From positions 343-64,342 of IMG/VR virus record IMGVR_UViG_2835052945_000005: a DNA stretch of 64,000 nucleotides. One strand, written 5' to 3'. Within the stretch, counting starts at the first letter, position 1. The number at the start of each line of letters is the position of its first letter. Source of the stretch: a virus. Lineage: Duplodnaviria; Caudoviricetes. This document shows, in pieces, positions 1-9,188 of this stretch. A program made the position numbers and the translations under genes. The notes beneath the pieces are model-generated. The model was not told where the DNA came from. It searched no databases and saw only the letters and a list, made by a program, of their open reading frames with translations.

Positions 1-291
1 GAATTGCTATGGGGCGTCCACCGCGAGACCGCTGCACCAGTGGTTATCTCAAATAGCGATACGCCCGCTACACGCGAAATTTACCAGCATTACCAATTTC
101 ATGAGATTAGCGTTTCCCGTTCTTTGGGGGCCTCTGCTGCTTCACGTAAGAAAGCAGGAGAGGTAATCGGTGTGCTGAATAAGGTGCGCCACAGCCGGGA
201 GTATTACCGCCGCGCAAAGATTTCGGCCAAGTTTCGCAAAGAGACTGCTGCCATCCGTAATCAAGCCTTTGACGATGGGATGCCGTTCTGA
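1..291 (+). CDS. C-terminal part of a Dam-like DNA adenine methyltransferase (5' end outside window)
   Basis: Frame open from base 1; VVISNSDTPATREIY...HEISVSRSLGA...RKKAGEVI resembles the Dam C-terminus (PVLISNHDT...REWY...VRRSIS...RKKVDEL). Confidence 0.75.
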   Translation, partial: ELLWGVHRETAAPVVISNSDTPATREIYQHYQFHEISVSRSLGASAASRKKAGEVIGVLNKVRHSREYYRRAKISAKFRKETAAIRNQAFDDGMPF

Positions 292-1215
292 TGGCGGCTT
301 ACTACAACGAGATCGACCCCTTTGCAGCCCAATGGCTGCGCAATCTTATTGCCGCTGGCCATATCGCGCCGGGGGATGTTGACGAGCGATCAATTGAGGA
401 TGTGACACCTGATGACCTTAGAAACTACACGCAATGCCATTTCTTTGCCGGGATCGGCGTCTGGTCATACGCCCTGCGCCGAGCGGGATGGCCGGATGAT
501 AAACCTGTCTGGACGGGATCGTGCCCTTGCCAACCTTTCAGCGCGGCAGGCAAGAAAGGCGGGTTTGCTGATGAGCGGCACTTATGGCCCGCTTTCCATC
601 ACCTCATTAACCAGTGTCGGCCTACAGTTGTCTTTGGAGAACAGGTTGCAAGCAGCAACGCTGATGCATGGTTCGACCTTGTACAATCTGACGTGGAAGC
701 AATGGGTTACGCCTATGGGCTTGTCCCGTTTCCGTCTGCGGGCATCGGTGCGCCGCACGTCAGAGAGCGCGCCTATTGGGTGGCCGACTCCAACAACGAG
801 CAACGATCGTTATCCATGCCCGCAGGAAGCGATGCGGAACTATCGAGAGAACGGAACAAAAATTCAGAAGCGTTTGCAGGATGTGGCAGCACTGACACGC
901 TGGCCGACGCCAACTGCGACGGATTACAAGGGGGGACTATCAGGGGGGACGGATGCGCAACGGGAAGTTGAGCACGGATCGTCTGGATGTTGCAGCACAG
1001 TTAGTCAGCCCTTGCAGGTTAACGGTTTTTGGCGTGATGCAGATTGGCTCTCCTGCCGGGATGGAAAGTGGAGGCCAGTTGAACCCGGCACATTCCCGCT
1101 GGCTTATGGGATTACCAACCGTATGGGACGACTGCGCGCCTATGGAAACGCCATCAACGCGGAAGCGGCCAAAGCGTTCATAGCGGCATTTCTTGATGTT
1201 CGGCGGGGTAATTAA
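291..1215 (+). pseudogene. C5 cytosine DNA methyltransferase, split by an apparent +1 frameshift near 930-937
   Basis: Motifs FFAGIG, SCPCQPFS, GEQV, RERAYW in ORF 291-971; C-terminal LRAYGNAI motif is in the next frame (ORF ending 1215); deleting one base at 930-937 gives a single 307-aa ORF. Confidence 0.8.
412..1183 (+). other. Overlapping alternative-frame ORF (WPTP-repeat protein) inside the cytosine methyltransferase, broken by the same frameshift
   Basis: ORFs 412-1215 and 953-1183 fuse into a 256-aa ORF with the same one-base deletion; contains two WPTP motifs and GQLNPAHSRWLMGLP. Confidence 0.5.
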
Positions 1216-1915
1216 TGTCCGAGCAATGGGCCTACCCCTGGAACGCGCCGCGCCCCGCGATCTCCGCGTATCAGGGGATCGCTGACTCCCTTCCTTCTCT
1301 GGCGGTAAATACTACCGAGCCGCATCCCGTCGTCGAGAATCACCTTAAGCGGCTGGTATCACGCGCTGCTTTCTCCGATCTGGATTTCGATCAGGCCGTC
1401 GCGAGGCTGGACTATTTAGAGCCTAATGCAACATTGCTGACGATGCGCCGCCGGTTCGCTGAAGCGGTGCAGGCAGAGCATCTGGCGGCATTAAAAAACT
1501 GGATGGAAACGCCGGAAGGAGTGGAAGCCCGGTTGCGCGAACAGCCGTTTTTTATCCGTGATACCTACCGGCAAAAAATAGAATGGCTGCGCACCAACCG
1601 CGAACCGCGACACGTCAGCGCCTTTTTCATGGGAACCGTGAAAAAAGCCCTGCTGCGTCTGGATGCCGTACGCACAAAACAGGGCGTGCGCGATGGTTTT
1701 GTGTCAGAACTCGCGAGCTACTGGCGGGCGCGCTGGGCGCATCTGGCCGAATTCACCAGGCGTGAAGTAATTAACGCCGGTCATGCTATCGCTGCCAGCG
1801 TCGCGGAAATGTTTGAAACTGAATGCGGTAATACTTCACCGGAAGATCTGACAAATGACGAGATCCAGGCGCTTTTTTGGCATATGGGGCGAGAAATACT
1901 GGCGCTGCGGGTTAC
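1215..1915 (+). pseudogene. A: P2-like replication initiator A, N-terminal fragment
   Basis: Reading frame ...LALRVT continues as PPCWGVIIG... at 39263; joined gene is 2511 nt (836 aa + stop). Confidence 0.9.
1910..1915 (+). repeat. Target-site duplication, left copy (GGTTAC)
   Basis: GGTTAC immediately precedes TGATC at 1916; identical hexamer follows ...GCATCA at 39257-39262. Confidence 0.92.
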
Positions 1916-1990
1916 TGATCAGAAGTGAGATAAACAACTAGGAGAATCTGAGATAAATGGGATTTAGTGAAACCTTTGGGGATTTATCGG
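1916..1990 (+). repeat. Left end: transposase-binding repeats
   Basis: TGAT-N5-GTGAGATAAA; GATAAA at end positions 14 and 37 (1929, 1952); inverted copy TTTATC at 1983-1988. Confidence 0.75.
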
Positions 1991-2077
1991 GACAGATTAC
2001 TGTAATCACCTTTCACATACTGTAAAAGAAACAAGGGCAGAAAATTTAGCTCTTCTACCCTTAATTTTACGGTGGGG

Positions 2078-2305
2078 CTAGTTTCTGTCATAGGCCCAAC
2101 CGAGCCTAAATATCACGAATGGCACGATCAGTACGACGAAAAAAAACCGATAATCTTTTGTCGTAGGAATTAGGTCAGAAACATAGCCAATTTTGAATAT
2201 GCTGACCGCTCTTGAGTCGTTCTTACGAGTCGTGTACCACAACTCAGTCGATACACCAAAACCCATAATAAAACGATTGATGGTAACTGTTTTATCCACA
2301 ATCAT
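2078..2305 (-). CDS. Hypothetical small membrane protein, last gene of early operon
   Basis: 75 aa, hydrophobic C-terminal stretch; ATGA overlap with the mor-like stop. Confidence 0.5.
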   Translation of the reverse strand: MIVDKTVTINRFIMGFGVSTELWYTTRKNDSRAVSIFKIGYVSDLIPTTKDYRFFFVVLIVPFVIFRLGWAYDRN

Positions 2306-2667
2306 TTCCCCTCATCGTCGAACAGATCCAGACCAGGTTGTCGGCTTTTCATCACCCGCTTGTGGACTCGGTGAATCAGCTTTCGCAGGCCACGTTCGGT
2401 GATGCCGTATTTTGAGCTCAGTTCGGCCCAGTTGTTGCCTTTATGCTCGTTGTAAATCTGTAGATCACGAACCGCCAGCTTATAGACATAGTCACGCGGG
2501 AACGTGAAATTTTGTCCGCCAAAGTGCTCGGCCAGAAAATTAGCGACGGCGAGGCCCAACTGTTCGGCGTGTTCAACGGAACAACCATAATCGGTCGCAG
2601 TCTCTGCAACGTGATCGGCCAGCTCAGACAGCAGCTTATGGCGCTTCTCTTCCATCGTCGTGATCAT
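2302..2667 (-). CDS. Mor/C-family transcription activator
   Basis: FGGQNFTFP...RDLQIYNEHKGNNWAELSSKYGITERGLRKLI, typical Mor/C HTH. Confidence 0.9.
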   Translation of the reverse strand: MITTMEEKRHKLLSELADHVAETATDYGCSVEHAEQLGLAVANFLAEHFGGQNFTFPRDYVYKLAVRDLQIYNEHKGNNWAELSSKYGITERGLRKLIHRVHKRVMKSRQPGLDLFDDEGK

Positions 2668-2677
2668 GATTTACCCC

Positions 2678-3100
2678 TCACTCAACAGACTGGGCCTTGC
2701 GTTCGCGGGCCTGCCATTTCTTTAGTGATTCGATAACACGGCTGGCCTGGTCTGTGCTGAGCCAGTCCAACCGCCCGACGCCTGTGATCCTGTGCGCATA
2801 CGCATTGATTGCACGTTCAGAACTGTCCCGAATGTAGCCCTCATCGGCCATTTCAAGCCATAGCGCACGTATTTTCTTAGACTGTGCGTCAGTGGCTGTG
2901 ATCTTATGAGGCTTGGCACTTTTTACTTTAAAACCCAACTGCTTCATTGCATCTAAAACCTGTTGCAGTTGCTGATCGGTCATATCCTTAGTGCTGTTGA
3001 CGCCAGCATAGTTAATCAGGAACTGGCGATAGGTATCGTCATCCAGTTTGCGATCGCGTTTTGCAACGTGGATGAGTTTAACGAGTTGGTTTCTGTTCAT
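2678..3100 (-). CDS. Mu gp16/GemA-like regulatory protein
   Basis: LVKLIHVAKRDRKLDDDTYR...KIRALW...WLS...VIESLKKW; start trimmed to ATG 3100. Confidence 0.85.
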   Translation of the reverse strand: MNRNQLVKLIHVAKRDRKLDDDTYRQFLINYAGVNSTKDMTDQQLQQVLDAMKQLGFKVKSAKPHKITATDAQSKKIRALWLEMADEGYIRDSSERAINAYAHRITGVGRLDWLSTDQASRVIESLKKWQARERKAQSVE

Positions 3101-3278
3101 CGCTATCCTCCCGCCAAACAGTACCGCATGTAAGAACTGTCTCTGGGCGACGCTCATGTATCGCCTCCAGAACCAAATGGCATGACTCCTCTGTCAGATA
3201 AATATCATCCGAGACAGGCAACGCCTCGCAAGCATCAAAACCACAGGTTGAAACAAGCAATACAAAGCCAATGATCAC
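3078..3278 (-). CDS. Hypothetical small protein with hydrophobic N-terminus and 4 Cys
   Basis: 66 aa, tightly packed in operon. Confidence 0.55.
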   Translation of the reverse strand: MIIGFVLLVSTCGFDACEALPVSDDIYLTEESCHLVLEAIHERRPETVLTCGTVWREDSDEQKPTR

Positions 3279-3601
3279 GCGTCACCCCCGCAGTTGCTGC
3301 ACAAATCCTCTGCCACCCAATAACAACCCGATCCGCAGGCACAATCCCATGTGCAGCCACATACGCGGCATGACTGGGAAAGGTCTGGCGTAACCAGAAA
3401 TTGACCTTTTTCATATACTGTTACTACTGTTACGGGCTTTACTTGGGTAATAACCAGCTTTTGCAGATTGCCGAAAACCTTCCGGCCTACGCTCTTTACC
3501 GCCACGACGGGGTCATAGGTGCATGACGCCGTTTTACCATTACCCCGCGCAAAATAAGTACCGTTAGTAAGGCGAACGGAGACCTCTATGGTTACTGACA
3601 T
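3275..3601 (-). CDS. Hypothetical protein with C-terminal Cys-rich zinc-binding motif
   Basis: CRVCGCTWDCACGSGCYWVAEDLCSNC. Confidence 0.7.
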   Translation of the reverse strand: MSVTIEVSVRLTNGTYFARGNGKTASCTYDPVVAVKSVGRKVFGNLQKLVITQVKPVTVVTVYEKGQFLVTPDLSQSCRVCGCTWDCACGSGCYWVAEDLCSNCGGDA

Positions 3602-4320
3602 TATTCAGCCCTCCCAATCCGTACTACCGGACCAGCACCATTGACGCCGTGATGAATATTGGCGTTTTTCCCGGCGATGAATCCGACTACTCTGGACTCA
3701 TCCGTACCCCTTGCCTTGTTTGCGCTCCTGCCTCTGGTGGTTTCCAGCTCCAGCCGATCTTTTAATCGCTTGTCGTAGGCTGCCATCAGCGTTTTTTCAG
3801 CATCCGAAGCCACAAAATCCTGAATGACCTGATAAACTCCTTGCGCCCATCCCTCACAAAAATTGTCAGCCCTTGCCGTTTTTGTGGTTGTTTTGATGTT
3901 TTTCCTCATGTTGGCAATAAATTCGCGGCGAGCCTTCATTAATTGTCGCGACAGAACGTCAAACGCATACGCCGCTACCTGCGGGCGTTCGTTAGGTCCA
4001 AAAAAAACGACGATCCGCTTTGTTGATATTGAGTCTGGAGCAAACGAGATATAGCAATTCACGCCAAATACACGCCTGATTAACTCCGCAAGATTCAACA
4101 TATATTTGGGAGGTGTATTGGCTTGAGATGGTGCCGATTTACTGCTGGCCTCATTAATTTCCATCAGGTCAACGTCGGTGGCTGTCACCCCATGCTGGTG
4201 CATCAGTGCTTGTGCCTGCCGCATTGCATTAGCCGCCTCGCCGGCGTTCGTCGTCCGCCTGGCTAGGTTCAACAACTTTTTAATCCGCTGCAGGTATTTT
4301 TCTTTTTTGCTATTCGACAT
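3601..4320 (-). CDS. DUF2786-family protein
   Basis: KYLQRIKKLLNLARRTTNAGEAANAMRQAQALM; start trimmed to ATG 4320. Confidence 0.8.
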   Translation of the reverse strand: MSNSKKEKYLQRIKKLLNLARRTTNAGEAANAMRQAQALMHQHGVTATDVDLMEINEASSKSAPSQANTPPKYMLNLAELIRRVFGVNCYISFAPDSISTKRIVVFFGPNERPQVAAYAFDVLSRQLMKARREFIANMRKNIKTTTKTARADNFCEGWAQGVYQVIQDFVASDAEKTLMAAYDKRLKDRLELETTRGRSANKARGTDESRVVGFIAGKNANIHHGVNGAGPVVRIGRAE

Positions 4321-4615
4321 ATTCCACCCCCAGCTTTTCGGCGAGCGCCTGCAACTGGCGCTGTTTGGCCACCTCGATGAGCGTGTCCATCCCGGCAAAA
4401 CGGTACTGTTCGATCAGAATTTCCACGGTAGCCATTCGTTCGGCCAGAGAAACGGCGGTATCGGTGCCGTTTCTCTCGTGGTAGGCGGTTACGCACAGGT
4501 CGGATGTTGCCTCTATTAATGAAAGAGCACGTTCATCCATGCTTTTGCGCAGCGTTAATTTCTGCGTTGTCAGACCGTATAAATCATTACGCGTATTAAC
4601 GATGGTTGCGCTCAT
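4310..4615 (-). CDS. Hypothetical protein
   Basis: 101 aa, overlaps neighbours in operon fashion. Confidence 0.6.
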   Translation of the reverse strand: MSATIVNTRNDLYGLTTQKLTLRKSMDERALSLIEATSDLCVTAYHERNGTDTAVSLAERMATVEILIEQYRFAGMDTLIEVAKQRQLQALAEKLGVEYVE

Positions 4616-4803
4616 GATTCATCGCCCTCCGACAGAACTTCCAGATCGCCAGTGGGAATAAATGCACCATACGCCTGGGCGCAGTACGGACAGGTCAGAA
4701 TCAGGTCAACGCCCCAGGTGCCGTCGTCGGCCTGGGAGATGGTGGCCTGTTCCTGTTCGAGTTCTTCAACCTCGTTCTTGCAGCGTTTGCAGGTTAGCGA
4801 CAT
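4612..4803 (-). CDS. Small acidic zinc-ribbon protein
   Basis: CKRC...CPYC, 63 aa. Confidence 0.65.
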   Translation of the reverse strand: MSLTCKRCKNEVEELEQEQATISQADDGTWGVDLILTCPYCAQAYGAFIPTGDLEVLSEGDES

Positions 4804-4971
4804 TTATAGTTCCTCCGACTTGGGGTCTTTACGCAGGATGTTGATCTCGTTCTCTGCGTTTTTCAGTGTACGCAGCGCCAGTTCAGTGGTGTTTTCCTGA
4901 ATCTGACGGGTCGCCAGGCGGATAAATTGCGCCGTTTTTTCCAGGCGTTTTACGGGTGATACGTGGGCCAT
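4804..4971 (-). CDS. Hypothetical 55-aa helical protein (below ORF-track cutoff)
   Basis: Translated by hand: MAHVSPVKRLEKTAQFIRLATRQIQENTTELALRTLKNAENEINILRKDPKSEEL; RBS GGAG upstream; stop abuts next ATG. Confidence 0.65.
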   Translation of the reverse strand: MAHVSPVKRLEKTAQFIRLATRQIQENTTELALRTLKNAENEINILRKDPKSEEL

Positions 4972-5063
4972 AATCATTCTCCAAAATAGTGTTTATGCTG
5001 AATTACGGGTGCAGAATTCCCCGGCATTGACGCCGAAATAAAAGAAAAATCATGTTTAAATAA

Positions 5064-5675
5064 TCAAATGGCGGCGATATCCAACGGGATATTAATTAAT
5101 TTTCCCGATTCGTCTTTTTCCCGAAAATTAATATAGGTTTTCGATACAGCAACCAGTAATGATTCGGAAATTGCCTCCATTGCCTTCTTCCAGCGCTCAT
5201 CGTCAATTTTTACCCGCCGCAGGGATAAAATGCGGGTGGTGCTGAGGTTGCCTTCTTTATCAACCTGAAACGCGTCAGAAATTAGCGCCAGTAGTTTGTC
5301 GTTGGCTCCCTCTGACCATTCCTTTACACATTCATCAATCAGGTCTTTGGCAACTTGCAGCTCAGGGCCGAAGACCAGAGAGTCCTGCACCTTGATGCTG
5401 ATTTGCTTGCTGCCGTCAAAGCTGGAGAATGTCACATTGCCCTTAGCGCCGCCGCGAGTACGTCCGTATTTTTCGGCAATCAGATCCAGCCAGGCGTAGC
5501 AATCATCGAACGCCCGTTTTTTGAAATCGCGTAGTTCAGCGCTTTTCAGTTTTGCGGATTTGATGGCGTCATTAACAAACGAGTCCATCGCCAGATCGTA
5601 ATCAGAAACATGACTAATCGGCACTAGGCGCCCTTTGCGGTCAGTCATATATTCGTCTTTATTAATTTCAGACAT
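5064..5675 (-). CDS. DUF3164-family (Gam-like, putative DNA-end protection) protein
   Basis: YMTDRKGRLVP...GGAKGNVTFSSFDG...FGPELQVAKDLIDEC...WKKAMEAISES; start trimmed to ATG 5675. Confidence 0.85.
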   Translation of the reverse strand: MSEINKDEYMTDRKGRLVPISHVSDYDLAMDSFVNDAIKSAKLKSAELRDFKKRAFDDCYAWLDLIAEKYGRTRGGAKGNVTFSSFDGSKQISIKVQDSLVFGPELQVAKDLIDECVKEWSEGANDKLLALISDAFQVDKEGNLSTTRILSLRRVKIDDERWKKAMEAISESLLVAVSKTYINFREKDESGKLINIPLDIAAI

Positions 5676-5688
5676 CGTTATTTCCTCA

Positions 5689-5970
5689 TTAATGGAGAGA
5701 TTCAGACCAGATAATTCGGCAACCATGCTGTTCAAATTCGCCCTGGCGAAACCTGCCGTTGCTGTCGCAACCAATCACCACGTAACGGGCCACACCGCTG
5801 TTAATCAGCTTTTCGCAGTGGCCGTTTCTGGCTATGCGAATAAGTGGTTTACTGCCTTTAATCATCACGCTTTGCACGGTAGCGTTCATTGCACGCAATG
5901 AAACCATCACGTCTTTGATATTGGCTAATTGCTCATTGATATTCGGAATAGCTTTCATTATTGGCTCCAT
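5689..5970 (-). CDS. Hypothetical protein
   Basis: 93 aa ending CRIIWSESLH, in operon. Confidence 0.65.
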   Translation of the reverse strand: MEPIMKAIPNINEQLANIKDVMVSLRAMNATVQSVMIKGSKPLIRIARNGHCEKLINSGVARYVVIGCDSNGRFRQGEFEQHGCRIIWSESLH

Positions 5971-5973
5971 ATA

Positions 5974-6240
5974 TTAATGCACAGCCTTTTTCTGCATTTC
6001 TTCTACGCTGACCGAATGGCTGATATTTACCCCCAGCGCAGTCAGCATCTTTATCATCTCCTCCTGCGACTGTTTGATGGCCGCTGGCAGGCTGTTGACA
6101 ATATGCTGTGTCGTCAGCGCGATGATGTTCGAATCCTTGGAATCCAGCGCGTATGAAATACTGACGCCGGACAGTACGTGTTCGCAATTGCCCTCGACTT
6201 TATTCATCACCGGGGAAATCTGGATAACGATAGTGGCCAT
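5974..6240 (-). CDS. Hypothetical protein
   Basis: 88 aa, starts immediately after ATPase stop. Confidence 0.6.
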   Translation of the reverse strand: MATIVIQISPVMNKVEGNCEHVLSGVSISYALDSKDSNIIALTTQHIVNSLPAAIKQSQEEMIKMLTALGVNISHSVSVEEMQKKAVH

Positions 6241-7404
6241 TTAAACCCCCTTAACCACATCGGCATTCACCACCGGCACACCGATATCAGCGGCCAGATT
6301 CATCGCGGCGATCAGCAGATTGCCGACGGCCAGTGGGTACAGCAGGCTGACGATGCTTTTACGTCCGCCGACCTGATTACTCAGCCGGGCGCGGATGGCG
6401 TCGATCGCGCTGGCGTCCAGCACGTCCGCCAACTGCTTGCCCGCCCGCGTGAATTTGAACTGGAGGTAATCCTCCAGCGCGTTATCCAGCGGCAGCAGTT
6501 CGACCACTTCGCAACGCTGGACGACTTCGCGCACCTCCATATTGCGCTCGGACAGCTTCACCGCCAGTTCCTGCTGGCCGATTAGCACGATGGAAATCAG
6601 CTTTTTAAACCCGCTTTCCAGCTCAAAAAACCTTTTCAGGTGCTTGAGCGTGGGGATCGGCAGGCTGTGGGCCTCTTCAATCACAAGAACATGGCTATAG
6701 CCTGCCGCGCAGCTCTCTTTCAGTACACGGTGCAACTGGCGGAACCGTGCGTCCTGACTGCGTTTAATGCCCTCCAGCGGTGCGATAGTGCTGATTATTG
6801 CCTCCGCGATCGCCGCTGCCTTCAGCGTCTTGCCCTTGACGTCGTTGTCCTCCATCGCCAGCACATACGGCTCGATAACGATAATCGGGGCGTTTTCGCG
6901 GTTAATGCGTTCAATCAGATCCCGGCGCAGTGTGGATTTACCCGCCCCGGACTCGCCAATCACCGCCATAAAGCCGCCGTGACGCGCAGTCTGATACAGC
7001 GCTTCACGCACATAGCGGATATCCGGCGTGGTAAATACATCCTCCGAGCCTTGCAGATCGTCGGCGAACGGGTCGCGGAACAGCCCGAACGCCTTTTTTG
7101 CCGCTGGACGCAGCACCTGTTTTTTCAGTAGCATATTTTCGTCCTCTTCATTTGCGTGTAGCGGGACACCGGTACCGGCAGCGGCCTCATCCGCAGCCGG
7201 TACCACCTCAAATGCCCCTGTTGGATCGATACCGCGACCAGACAACTCGCGGGTGATATTTTGCCGAATGCTGTCGGCGTTTCGTTTCGGCCAGATGCCG
7301 TGATTAACCAGTTGCGCGATAGCCGGCTGCGATATGCCCGCCGCAGCGGCGAGCGCGCCCTGATTGATACCGTGTGCCGCCATAATGTGTTTCAGTTGCA
7401 GCAT
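6241..7404 (-). CDS. Transposition AAA+ ATPase (MuB analogue) with N-terminal HTH
   Basis: Walker A GESGAGKS, Walker B LVIEEAH; N-terminal GINQGALAAAAGISQPAIAQLVN; follows transposase. Confidence 0.9.
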   Translation of the reverse strand: MLQLKHIMAAHGINQGALAAAAGISQPAIAQLVNHGIWPKRNADSIRQNITRELSGRGIDPTGAFEVVPAADEAAAGTGVPLHANEEDENMLLKKQVLRPAAKKAFGLFRDPFADDLQGSEDVFTTPDIRYVREALYQTARHGGFMAVIGESGAGKSTLRRDLIERINRENAPIIVIEPYVLAMEDNDVKGKTLKAAAIAEAIISTIAPLEGIKRSQDARFRQLHRVLKESCAAGYSHVLVIEEAHSLPIPTLKHLKRFFELESGFKKLISIVLIGQQELAVKLSERNMEVREVVQRCEVVELLPLDNALEDYLQFKFTRAGKQLADVLDASAIDAIRARLSNQVGGRKSIVSLLYPLAVGNLLIAAMNLAADIGVPVVNADVVKGV

Positions 7405-7414
7405 GTTTCCTCCC

Positions 7415-9184
7415 TTAGCGTATGCCGACGGCATTAGCGGCGGCCGGTGCGACCATCAGTGCACTGACAACTGTCTCGATATCGTCAGCCGATATGCCGT
7501 CGGGGTATTGCGCGACCAGTTGCCGGTAATGCTGCGCCGTCCAGGGCTGTCCCTTTGATGACAGTCGCTCGCGCAGTTGCTTGGCGGCTTCGACATGAGT
7601 GAGTGGGCGTTGCTCGATACGCGGGCCGCGAACGTTCGACGCCGTGCCGCGTTTCGGCAGGTAGGCGGGTAACGCGGCGTCATCAATTGTGCGGTATGGG
7701 TCGAATTGCCCGCCGAACGGCACAGCCTTAGCTTTGCGCGATGCAACTGCCGCCTCTGCTGAATCCGTGCCCGTCACCAGTTGTTCAATCTGCTGGTTAA
7801 CGTGCTGGGTTACTGTGTCAGCCGGTTTCTTGTAACTTTCGCCGATGATCGCGGCATTCGTTGAGAAGCCGAATTCGTTCTCTGCCACCTCTTCGATAAG
7901 ATGAAATACTTCGTGGCCATCTTCGCCAGTCAGCACTATCTGTGCCGCGTCTGTACGCCACGGATTACTTGTGACCATGACAGACTCGCCAACCATGACG
8001 GACGGCACCGTTGACACATCGTACTTGCGGCCCTGAAACGAGATTTCGAGCGTCGGCTGAACCTTGCGGCGTTCCGGCGCAGCGATGGCCAGTTCGCGGC
8101 AGATGTCCACAGACGGCGCTTTAATCAGTTGTTCAGTTGTGATGCGCAGCCAGATGTCGTTCCGTGTTTGGCCGTGGCGGCTGTGTATCGCCGTCGCGTT
8201 AAAATGGCTGCGCCAGCGCGCCGCCATTGCGTTCAGTTCGTCCAGGCTGCTGACCGCGACGAACTTTAGCCCCGGTTCGAACTTGCGTTCGATAATGTCA
8301 CGGGCTTTCTCAACCTGCCCGGTAGCACGGGCATTCCCTGCTCTGTGGGCGATGATTTCAATGCCCAGGGATTTGCACAGATTGCGCGTCATGGCGGCGG
8401 TGTTGGCCGAGCCTGGGTCCATAAACAGCACTTTAGGTACGCCGTGCAATACGTCAGCGCTGCCGCGCTCTTGCATCGCATTGATTAGTACCGAACAGAG
8501 GTTTTCGCCGGATTCCGCGCCCATCACATACTCAACGTAAATCCAGCCGCTGGTGTGATCGGTGATCTCGTAGCTCCATACCCGGTCATTCGCTATCCGC
8601 GCCAGATTTTTGGGCTTGTTTTTATAGAACTGGTCACTGTTCATTACTTGCAATCCCGTCGTTTTCTTGCCGTTTTGCAGGTAATACAGGGTGCAGAGCG
8701 AGGCATCAATCAGCCAGACGTGATTCGGATGCAGGCTGGCCAACCGCGTGCTGGGTTCCGGCGCCATCAACTGATCGGGGTGAACGCCGTAGCCGCGCAT
8801 CGCGCGGATAATGGCGCTTTCCGATAACGGACGAATCTCGCCGGTAGCCTGATCGATGAATTCGGCGGTGATCATGTTGTTTGCCCGCAACTCCGCGACG
8901 GCGTCGGCAACCGAATACAGGCGTTTGCCGTTCTTACGGGTAGACTCAGTCAGCAGCGCGGAAATGGTCAGCGCCTCCTCGCGGGATAGCGCGGTTTTGC
9001 CGGCATCGGCGCGGCGTTTGCGGGGCAGTTTCGGCCGTATTTCGCCGAGTTTTCTTATCAACGTGGCGCGCGACATGTGTAACTCCTCGCAGGCGGCCTG
9101 ATAAATCGGCTCTTTATTGCCATGTCCGGCGGCGTCAACAGCCGAAGCAATACTAACCAGACGATCAATTAATACCGGGTTCAT
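7415..9184 (-). CDS. DDE transposase (MuA analogue)
   Basis: 589 aa; WLIDAS, FMDPGS, QVEKARDIIE catalytic segments. Confidence 0.92.
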   Translation of the reverse strand: MNPVLIDRLVSIASAVDAAGHGNKEPIYQAACEELHMSRATLIRKLGEIRPKLPRKRRADAGKTALSREEALTISALLTESTRKNGKRLYSVADAVAELRANNMITAEFIDQATGEIRPLSESAIIRAMRGYGVHPDQLMAPEPSTRLASLHPNHVWLIDASLCTLYYLQNGKKTTGLQVMNSDQFYKNKPKNLARIANDRVWSYEITDHTSGWIYVEYVMGAESGENLCSVLINAMQERGSADVLHGVPKVLFMDPGSANTAAMTRNLCKSLGIEIIAHRAGNARATGQVEKARDIIERKFEPGLKFVAVSSLDELNAMAARWRSHFNATAIHSRHGQTRNDIWLRITTEQLIKAPSVDICRELAIAAPERRKVQPTLEISFQGRKYDVSTVPSVMVGESVMVTSNPWRTDAAQIVLTGEDGHEVFHLIEEVAENEFGFSTNAAIIGESYKKPADTVTQHVNQQIEQLVTGTDSAEAAVASRKAKAVPFGGQFDPYRTIDDAALPAYLPKRGTASNVRGPRIEQRPLTHVEAAKQLRERLSSKGQPWTAQHYRQLVAQYPDGISADDIETVVSALMVAPAAANAVGIR

Positions 9185-9188
9185 CGCT

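Noticed and set aside
4612-4803. CxxC-CxxC protein as a Mu Com homologue
   Set aside because: Acidic, long spacer between Cys pairs, located in the early operon and not next to the modification gene
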